Assembly: GCA_965223325.1 (NCBI GenBank)
Contig: CBDCWI010000002.1
Span: 864,001-928,000, forward strand
Source of the DNA: Candidatus Multivoradales bacterium
GTDB taxonomy: Bacteria; Acidobacteriota; Thermoanaerobaculia; Multivoradales; Multivoraceae
Length of the DNA: 64,000 nt
Direction of reading: 5' to 3'
The translations under genes and the position numbers were made by a program. Below are positions 57,407 to 64,000 of this stretch, piece by piece. Every line of letters begins with the position of its first letter. The stretch's first letter is position 1. Under the pieces are notes generated by a model that was not told the DNA's origin, made no database searches, and was given only the letters and a program-made list of their open reading frames with translations.

Positions 57407-58333
57407 TCAAAGGGTTTCGGCGGCGCGCCGTTCGTCGAACACTGCGAGGGCCCGGGGCGGGAGCAGGAACAACGCGCACGGAGAGTGAGAGGCAAGGCGC
57501 CGGGTCACTCTCCCGACCGTCTTCTTGCCGTGATCCTGTGCTCCCGCGACGATCAGGTCGGCCTCTTCTGCCCACGCCACGTCGGACAGGGCTTGATCGG
57601 GTTGACCCGTGACCACCGCAGCACGTACGGGCTGGCCCGCGAGTTGCCGACCCTGTTGCTCCAGCTCCTCGATGCGCCTGGCGACCAGGGTGGGGCCGAG
57701 AGTGTCGTCGACCTGAAGGATGGAAAGGGTGGGAGGGGATGGAGCCTTCCTGGTCTCGAAGGCCATCGCCGCGCACCATTCGAGGGCGAGCTGGACCGCG
57801 GCCCAGGAAGCGTGCGAACCGTCGACGGCACCGAGAACGGTGCGTGGGGGCACAACCCCGCGGCCTCGAACGACGAGGATCGGCCGCGAACATTCGCGCA
57901 GTAGGCCTTTGAGGGTCGTTCCTAGCGCGCCGCGCTTCAGGACACCAGGCTCTGCGGGGCCAACCACAATGGTTCCGGCACCGACCGCACGTGCCACTGT
58001 GCGCAGCGCTTCGTCCGACGGACCGACGTGAATGTGATGAGAGGCAAGCGGGGGGTCTTCGATGGCGGCGGTGAGCCGCTGAACCTGGTCTTGCCCCTCT
58101 TTGTGAACTCGGGCCTTGAGCTTGTCGAGCGAGAGCAGATCGCCTGAGCGGCCTGTGCGGGCCTGATATCGCATCGGAGTGAGAGCGTGAACGACCTCTA
58201 CCGGCACGCGCAAAGAGCGTCCGATCTCCAGGGCCGTAAGGACCACGAAATCGGAGTCCGCCGCCAGACTGGTGCCGACGACGATCGGATCGGCCGTCCA
58301 CGGGGCCGCGCCTCTCGACTTGCTAGTCACCAT
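57407..58333 (-). CDS. Tandem-domain universal stress protein (divergent)
   Basis: Two USP domains: VLGAVDGS, ADLIVAGA..GRVTRRLASHSPC. Confidence 0.82.
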   Translation of the reverse strand: MVTSKSRGAAPWTADPIVVGTSLAADSDFVVLTALEIGRSLRVPVEVVHALTPMRYQARTGRSGDLLSLDKLKARVHKEGQDQVQRLTAAIEDPPLASHHIHVGPSDEALRTVARAVGAGTIVVGPAEPGVLKRGALGTTLKGLLRECSRPILVVRGRGVVPPRTVLGAVDGSHASWAAVQLALEWCAAMAFETRKAPSPPTLSILQVDDTLGPTLVARRIEELEQQGRQLAGQPVRAAVVTGQPDQALSDVAWAEEADLIVAGAQDHGKKTVGRVTRRLASHSPCALFLLPPRALAVFDERRAAETL

Positions 58334-58431
58334 AGAGGCAGCCTACGGTCATTGATCTCGTCCACCCATCGTGAGACTCCCGGAAAGCCCCTGCGGAAAG
58401 CCGCAGCCTGGTCGCCTCGCCCCACGACATC

Positions 58432-59949
58432 TCATGCAGAACGCAAGCGGGCAACGCCCGACCCGACGACGACAATCGTCAAGGTACCAAGGACGATCGT
58501 CATGTTCGCGTGCAGAGGACTGGCGAGCCAGGCCAGGTCGCCGACGAGTCGTGGCGACAGCGATAGATAGAGAATCACCGCCACGCCAGCCAGGACTGCG
58601 AAGAGTGCATCGGCAGCCCGCGAGCGTCGCGCCAACAGCCCCAGTAGAAACAGGCCCAGCATGCCCCCGGCGAAGATCCCCGACAGCGTCCACCAGGCAT
58701 CGAGCAGACTGCTGGTGCCGATCATCAAGAGGGCAGCACCTGTCCCCAGTAAGCCCATCGCACCCGTGGCAATACGCAACACCGCCATCGACGCACCTTC
58801 ACTCTGACGCCCCTGCCAACCCTCGACGAAGTCCGACAGGATGACCGTCGCCGAACCGTTCAGGCTGGTATCGATACTGCTCATCGCGGCCGCCAACAAG
58901 GCGGCAAGCACCAGGCCCCCCACCCCCGGCGGGAGCCGGTTGACCAGGAAGTGTGGGAAGGCCCGGTCGCCAATGCGCGCCTCCAGGTCCTCGATCGGCA
59001 CGGCGCGGTCGAGCTCGCCCACCATGACTTCGGCGACGAGATCGGCGCGCGCCTCCGGATGGGTTTCGTACCAGGCAAACAGACCAGACCCGAGAAAAAA
59101 GAACAGTGCCGAGATCGGCAGATAGAGCGCCGCCGCCAACCAGACCGAGCGCCGCGCCTCCTTCTCCGAGCGTGCCACGTGATACCGCTGCACGTAGCTC
59201 TGGTCGATCCCGAAGTTGGTGAGGTTGATGAACAACCCGTAGACCAGCACCACCCAGACCGTCGACTGCCGCGGGTCGAGAGACCACGAACCCAGCGACC
59301 AGCGCTCGGCGTCGGCTGCCACCGCGAATAGCTCTCCCGCACCTCCCGGCATATCAGTGAGAAGGATCACCGCCACCAGGAGCGCTCCTAAGGTGAGCAC
59401 GACGCTCTGGGCAACGTCGGTGAAAATCACTGCCGCCACTCCACCGATCCAGGAGTAGGCGGTCACCAGGAGGCCCGTGGCGAGAATGATCGCCGCCGGT
59501 GACCAGCCGGTCAGCGCGCCAAGTGCCAACGCAACCCCGAACAGAATCGTGGCGACGCGCGCTACCTGCGTCGCCAGGTAACAGGTCGTCGCGTAGAGCC
59601 TCGCCCAGCGCCCGAAGCGGTTCTCGAGATGAGCGTAGGCCGAAACTTCGCCGCTTTGACGATAGAACGGCACGAAGTAGCGCACGGCCAGAAACGCCGC
59701 CAGCGGAAGCGACAGCGAGAACACGAACGCGTTCCAGTTGGTCGAGAACGCTTTACCGGGAACCCCCAGAAAGGTGTTGCTCGATAGAAACGTGCCAAAA
59801 ATCGAAAGCCCGACGATCCAACCGGGCAAGGCGCCGTCGGCCACCGTGAAACCGCTGCGGGTCTGTGCTGTGCGCCAGAACCAGGCACCGAAAGCGACCG
59901 TTCCCAGGACCCAGACGACGAGAACGATGAGGTCGAGACTGCCGAGCAA
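58432..59949 (-). CDS. Sodium:solute symporter (SSS family; sugar/sialic-acid type)
   Basis: SAYAHLENRFG, FTDVAQ, DQSYVQRY, AAAMSSIDT; TTG start right after the sialidase stop (track start 60027). Confidence 0.88.
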   Translation of the reverse strand: MLGSLDLIVLVVWVLGTVAFGAWFWRTAQTRSGFTVADGALPGWIVGLSIFGTFLSSNTFLGVPGKAFSTNWNAFVFSLSLPLAAFLAVRYFVPFYRQSGEVSAYAHLENRFGRWARLYATTCYLATQVARVATILFGVALALGALTGWSPAAIILATGLLVTAYSWIGGVAAVIFTDVAQSVVLTLGALLVAVILLTDMPGGAGELFAVAADAERWSLGSWSLDPRQSTVWVVLVYGLFINLTNFGIDQSYVQRYHVARSEKEARRSVWLAAALYLPISALFFFLGSGLFAWYETHPEARADLVAEVMVGELDRAVPIEDLEARIGDRAFPHFLVNRLPPGVGGLVLAALLAAAMSSIDTSLNGSATVILSDFVEGWQGRQSEGASMAVLRIATGAMGLLGTGAALLMIGTSSLLDAWWTLSGIFAGGMLGLFLLGLLARRSRAADALFAVLAGVAVILYLSLSPRLVGDLAWLASPLHANMTIVLGTLTIVVVGSGVARLRSA

Positions 59950-59950
59950 G

Positions 59951-61174
59951 TCAGCGGCCCTTCGCTGCCACGCGATCGACGGGCGCCAGAGTGTCGATCT
60001 CGATATCCGCAAGATCGAGACGCGCAAAAGCGATGCGCCGCCTTCGATGCGTCCAGGTCAAGAGCGCCTGCCCGGAATGGGGGCCAGCTGCCAAGAGCGC
60101 CGCGGCGGGATAGGAGTACTCACCGGGCTCTACATCGCCATTCGAGGCACTGCCATCGAGGGGATCGTCTTCGAGGGTCACCAGATGTCGCCAGTCGCTG
60201 CCATCGCGAGACACGGCCACGTCGAGCCGCCGGCGTGATCCGCGCCAGCGACCCCGATCACGCTGCAGCGGGTTGTAGACCAGGAGATGGACATCCGGTG
60301 CGATCGTCAACGCTTCGACACCTGCACTGGGATTGGGTAACCCGGTGCTCGCTGGCTCACTCCAGGTTCGGCCGCCGTCACGCGAACGGGTTTCGGCGAT
60401 GACACCGTTCTGACTGCGGTGCAGCGCCAGGAGCGACTGGCACGGAGAGTCGAGACAAAGAAGCGAAGGCTGAATGACCGAGAGACCGTCGCCGCCTGGC
60501 GCGCGAGCCCGGCGCGAGGGGAGGGCTCTGGTCAACTGCCACCGGCGGCCGAGATCAGTACTGAGCTCGAAGTGGCTACGCCAGCCATTGTGCTCGGTAC
60601 TCGAGCCGGCAACCAGGGTGCCATCGGCCAACTCGACCGGATGACTGCGCACCGGACCGAGGGCGCCCGCTTCGAGACGCCGCGGCGCTGACCAGCTGCG
60701 ACCCGAGTCGGGTGACTCCCGGCGCACGCCCCACCAGGTGCGCGGAGACGGACCCACCTTGTAGAACAGAACAAGAGGTGCGCTGCGGTCGCGCGGCTGA
60801 AAAAGCACCGGATTCCAGGTCGGAAAATCTCGCCCGCCTTCGATCCCGGTGGCTACGACCAGAGGAGCCGACCAACGTGCGCTGCCGGGTTCGCGACGCG
60901 CCACCCAGATCGCAACGTCGTCATCGCCCTCGCGCGCCCCGCCGAACCAGGCCACCACCCAGGAGCCATCGACCGCCACAGCAACAGTCGAAGCGTGTGC
61001 CTCGGCAAACGGTGCGCGCTCGAAAACGAAACCGCGCTCGGCGATGATCTCGGATGCGTCAACCGAGGAGAGACCACCGACGAGAAAGAGCAGCAGCATC
61101 AGGCCGAGGCGACGTATGCACAATGCAATTCCACTCCGACTGTATGGCCGCATGAGACTCCCTCGAACGTTCAC
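59951..61174 (-). CDS. BNR/Asp-box sialidase-like protein
   Basis: AHAST, WFGG.REG, WNPVLFQ; Asp-boxes SPDSGRSW, STDLGRRW, SRDGGRTW, SRDGSDW; YSYP. Confidence 0.85.
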   Translation of the reverse strand: MNVRGSLMRPYSRSGIALCIRRLGLMLLLFLVGGLSSVDASEIIAERGFVFERAPFAEAHASTVAVAVDGSWVVAWFGGAREGDDDVAIWVARREPGSARWSAPLVVATGIEGGRDFPTWNPVLFQPRDRSAPLVLFYKVGPSPRTWWGVRRESPDSGRSWSAPRRLEAGALGPVRSHPVELADGTLVAGSSTEHNGWRSHFELSTDLGRRWQLTRALPSRRARAPGGDGLSVIQPSLLCLDSPCQSLLALHRSQNGVIAETRSRDGGRTWSEPASTGLPNPSAGVEALTIAPDVHLLVYNPLQRDRGRWRGSRRRLDVAVSRDGSDWRHLVTLEDDPLDGSASNGDVEPGEYSYPAAALLAAGPHSGQALLTWTHRRRRIAFARLDLADIEIDTLAPVDRVAAKGR

Positions 61175-61217
61175 ATTGTTCCGCGCGGTGGACTGAACGC
61201 TCAGACTCTACCGGGAG

Positions 61218-62312
61218 TCAGAAGCGGTCTGCGGTCCAGAAACCGAACTGCGCGCGCGGAAAGGCTGCTTCGAGCAACTCAATGTGGAGAGCGCCCATCA
61301 CGTCTCGGTCGTCCATCGAAGAACCGAGTGTGACCGTTGAATCGAGGAGTCGCGCACGCAGCGATGCTTCATCGAGCACCCGCAACATCCAGGTCGACGA
61401 TCCCTCTTCTCCACTCGTGCCTCCGAGCCACTCGCCACCGAGACGCTCAACCGCCAGCTCGAGACGTTCGTCCTCGATGCCCGCCGGCACGCGCGCCGGC
61501 TGAATGGCACCTTGGGTCGCTAGAACGATGAGCTCTGCAGCAGCCTCACACGGGCCGTTGGCTCGCTCTGCCGTGCGCGTCTCGCCCGAGTCGCTCGGGA
61601 GGTCGTCGTAACCCCACTCGAGGAGGTGGAGCGAGCCGTAGAGTTCGGCCGCTCGCAGGTAGGCGACGATCCGCCGGTCGTCGACCGCGACGGTCATGCG
61701 CTCTCCCGCGGCAACACCGTGCTCGAGGCCAGTAGCCCAGTCTGCCGCATCGCGCACAACGGTGCCCGGGAAGCGATTCGAGTATGAATCCCCGATGCGC
61801 CGTACAGCTGCGCTGTCGAACTCGAGATCGAGTGGACGAAGGTCGAAATGCGACCAGGACGGTAACGTCGCCGGGGCACAGGCAAGCCGGCGGTGACCGC
61901 GACACCAGGCAACCCAGCCGAGTTGCTCATAAAACCCCACCTTGGCCGCTACCAGGGCCGAGACCTCGAAGCCGCGATCGCTCATCTCATCGATCGCCAC
62001 CTCGAGCAGGCGCGTCGCCAGGCCCGAGGAGCGCCTGGAGGCATGCGTGAACACCGTTCCGATCCCACCGGCGGGAATGCTCACGGAATCACGTGCGGCG
62101 CCGCCGGTGCGCAATCGGCGAGGAAAAATCTGCACACACGCCATGAGAGTTCCAGCCTCTTCGGCCACCAGCACGTTGCGCGGTGTGTAGCTCGGATCGT
62201 GTTCCAGGTAGGGCCCAAAGACCTCGAGCGCCGACTCTCCGTGGCGGAATGGCCAGTTCGCCAACAGCTCGAGGAGACGCGGCTCCTCACCCGCACGGAG
62301 GTGCCGGATCAC
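61218..62312 (-). CDS. Eis-like GNAT N-acetyltransferase
   Basis: GIGTVFTHASRRSSGLAT, FYEQLGW; start approximate (GTG). Confidence 0.78.
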   Translation of the reverse strand: MIRHLRAGEEPRLLELLANWPFRHGESALEVFGPYLEHDPSYTPRNVLVAEEAGTLMACVQIFPRRLRTGGAARDSVSIPAGGIGTVFTHASRRSSGLATRLLEVAIDEMSDRGFEVSALVAAKVGFYEQLGWVAWCRGHRRLACAPATLPSWSHFDLRPLDLEFDSAAVRRIGDSYSNRFPGTVVRDAADWATGLEHGVAAGERMTVAVDDRRIVAYLRAAELYGSLHLLEWGYDDLPSDSGETRTAERANGPCEAAAELIVLATQGAIQPARVPAGIEDERLELAVERLGGEWLGGTSGEEGSSTWMLRVLDEASLRARLLDSTVTLGSSMDDRDVMGALHIELLEAAFPRAQFGFWTADRF

Positions 62313-62473
62313 GGCGCCGCCGGAGTTGGAACCTGTTCTCTTCCCTGGCGTTCCCACGGCCCGTGACGATAGCAGCGCCCCTCTGCTTCCGCACGGAAAG
62401 GTATCTCCGCACGGAAAGTTTCCGGTCAAAGGGCTGCCCCAGAGAGCTCGCAGACAACGGCCAAAAGCGAAGA

Positions 62474-62506
62474 CCGACCCGGGCGGTGTCGCGCCGCCCG
62501 GATCGG
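62474..62506 (-). terminator. GC hairpin just downstream of the 62516 gene
   Basis: CCGACCCGGGCGG...CCGCCCGGATCGG. Confidence 0.45.
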
Positions 62507-62515
62507 ATGTGGTCG

Positions 62516-62950
62516 TCAATCGGCGGTCGACGGCATGATGCGAATGATGCCCTTGAAACGGAAGGTCTCTGGATCGATCAGCTGCCCCTCCTCGTGGACC
62601 TGTGCGCCCTCGAGGTAGCCGCTGGTGATCGGACCGTTCATCACCACCCGACCTGTCTTCGTGTGCAGCGTCCCCTTGAGAGTCGCCTCGAAGGAGCGGT
62701 CGCCGGCATCGACGATGCTCCATCGAAACCGCACATGCCAGATCGGTCCGGTGACCTTGAGGCTGAGCAGCTCGGTCTCGAGGTTCCCGTCGATATCGCC
62801 TTCGACGGTGCCTTCCCAAATAGTCTCTGCGATGGCGGTCTTGTCGAACACCAGGTAGAGCGGTTCATCGGCAACCGCGGCAGTCGAAGAAAGGGCGAGA
62901 AGAAGCAGGCAGACAAAAGAGAGCAGCGAGATCTGACGAAGTGACTTCAT
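62516..62950 (-). CDS. Small secreted beta-rich hypothetical protein
   Basis: Signal peptide MKSLRQISLLSFVCLLLLALSSTAAVA; GGAG RBS. Confidence 0.7.
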   Translation of the reverse strand: MKSLRQISLLSFVCLLLLALSSTAAVADEPLYLVFDKTAIAETIWEGTVEGDIDGNLETELLSLKVTGPIWHVRFRWSIVDAGDRSFEATLKGTLHTKTGRVVMNGPITSGYLEGAQVHEEGQLIDPETFRFKGIIRIMPSTAD

Positions 62951-63209
62951 GTTGGGTCTCCCATAACCTTGGTGGTGAGGTCTGAGCCTCGAGACCGGTC
63001 CAGGCCGGCAGCGAGAAGAAGAGCAACAGCGATGCCACACCCCGCTAACCAGACCGCAACGGGGAGAGCAGAGGTGCCGGGTCACGACGTACGAAAACCC
63101 GCCAACTCGAGTTGGCGCTCCGACGGCCTTCGGTTGGCACCTTCGAGTCTCCGGGGCGTGACGATAGGGTGGGCGCGAGAACCCACAAACGCAACCCGGA
63201 ACTGCTCTC

Positions 63210-64000
63210 ATGACCGCTCTTGAAAGAACCGTCAGGACTCTCGTGCTGGTCGTCTTCGCTTTCTCCATCGCCGAAGCAACCAGCGCCTCGTCGTTCCGCC
63301 AGCAGGTCCGTGTCCATGGCAACGGAGATCCGTCGTGGCCAGAGGAAGTGACCGCGGTCGCGCTTTTGCCCGACGGGCAGGTCGCGGTGGCGACACCGCA
63401 AGGGACATTCCTGTCGACGCCCGGAACGTTCAAGGTCACTCTCCACAACACCGTTCCGGTCGCACCCAGCCCGCCAGCAGAGCTCGACCCAGCGGCCCGG
63501 TTGGCCTTCGAAACCGTTTTGCCGATGGCGGCGCTCGATGACTCGACATCGTTCCTGGCCCACGACCGCGCTGGCAGAACCTGGCTCGCTTCCCGCAACG
63601 GCCTCGCCGTCTATGAGCCAGAGACCTACGCGGCAAGGCTCTGGCGGGGCGCCGATGGCTTGCCGTGGAACGAGTTCACCGCCATCGCCGCCGCGCCCGA
63701 CGGCACGATGTGGTTCGGTACAACCCGCGGCCTGATTCATTTCGACCTCGATACCCTTACCTGGGAGTACCGCCAGGGGCCACGCTGGCTGCCCGGCGAT
63801 CACGTCACCAGCCTGGTGGTCGATGGCGAAGGCAGCGTGTGGGCAGCCACCGACGGTGGCCTCGGGCTCATCCGTCACGTGCCGATGACCCTGGCGCAGA
63901 AGGCGGCGCACTTCAACGACCAGATCGAGGCTTTTCACAAGCGCACCCCCTACGGCTACGTCGATGCGGTAACCGTGCCAGCCCCCGGGGACCTGACGCG
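63210..64000 (+). CDS. Secreted protein with two-component-regulator-type beta-propeller repeats; partial
   Basis: Not in ORF track (runs off window). MTALERTVRTLVLVVF...DGLPWNEFTAIAAAPDGTMWFGTTRGL...LPGDHVTSLVVDGEGSVWAATDGGL. Confidence 0.75.
   Translation, partial: MTALERTVRTLVLVVFAFSIAEATSASSFRQQVRVHGNGDPSWPEEVTAVALLPDGQVAVATPQGTFLSTPGTFKVTLHNTVPVAPSPPAELDPAARLAFETVLPMAALDDSTSFLAHDRAGRTWLASRNGLAVYEPETYAARLWRGADGLPWNEFTAIAAAPDGTMWFGTTRGLIHFDLDTLTWEYRQGPRWLPGDHVTSLVVDGEGSVWAATDGGLGLIRHVPMTLAQKAAHFNDQIEAFHKRTPYGYVDAVTVPAPGDLT

Overview
GC-rich bacterial chromosomal segment. The PadR plus duplicated MacB/FtsX (ADOP-type) permeases suggest Acidobacteriota, possibly Thermoanaerobaculia-like (inference). 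It holds about 50 mostly metabolic, transport, peptidase and envelope genes, and no rRNA, tRNA or CRISPR array that I can support. The main non-routine feature is a ~262-263 bp non-coding repeat family present as two diverged tandem arrays (29222-31921 and 55804-56272). Each array starts with a GTAG...CTAC long hairpin that overlaps the TAG stop codon of the upstream gene and shows compensatory base changes between the arrays. An intact, endonuclease-less group IIB intron (29360-31269, unusual GATACG 5' end) is inserted in the most conserved motif of this repeat. Its EBS1 (CAAGCG) matches that motif, leaving four empty candidate homing sites in the window. Other points of interest: an orphan GspG-like pseudopilin/HD-GYP module with a palindrome-covered sigma70 promoter, a nucleotidyltransferase-HTH pair, an Fmt paralog lacking catalytic residues, a QExxH metzincin variant, a CsoR copper module with two operators, and a lower-GC decayed islet at about 7.8-9.4 kb. 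All protein calls come from motif recognition by eye; no database searches were run.
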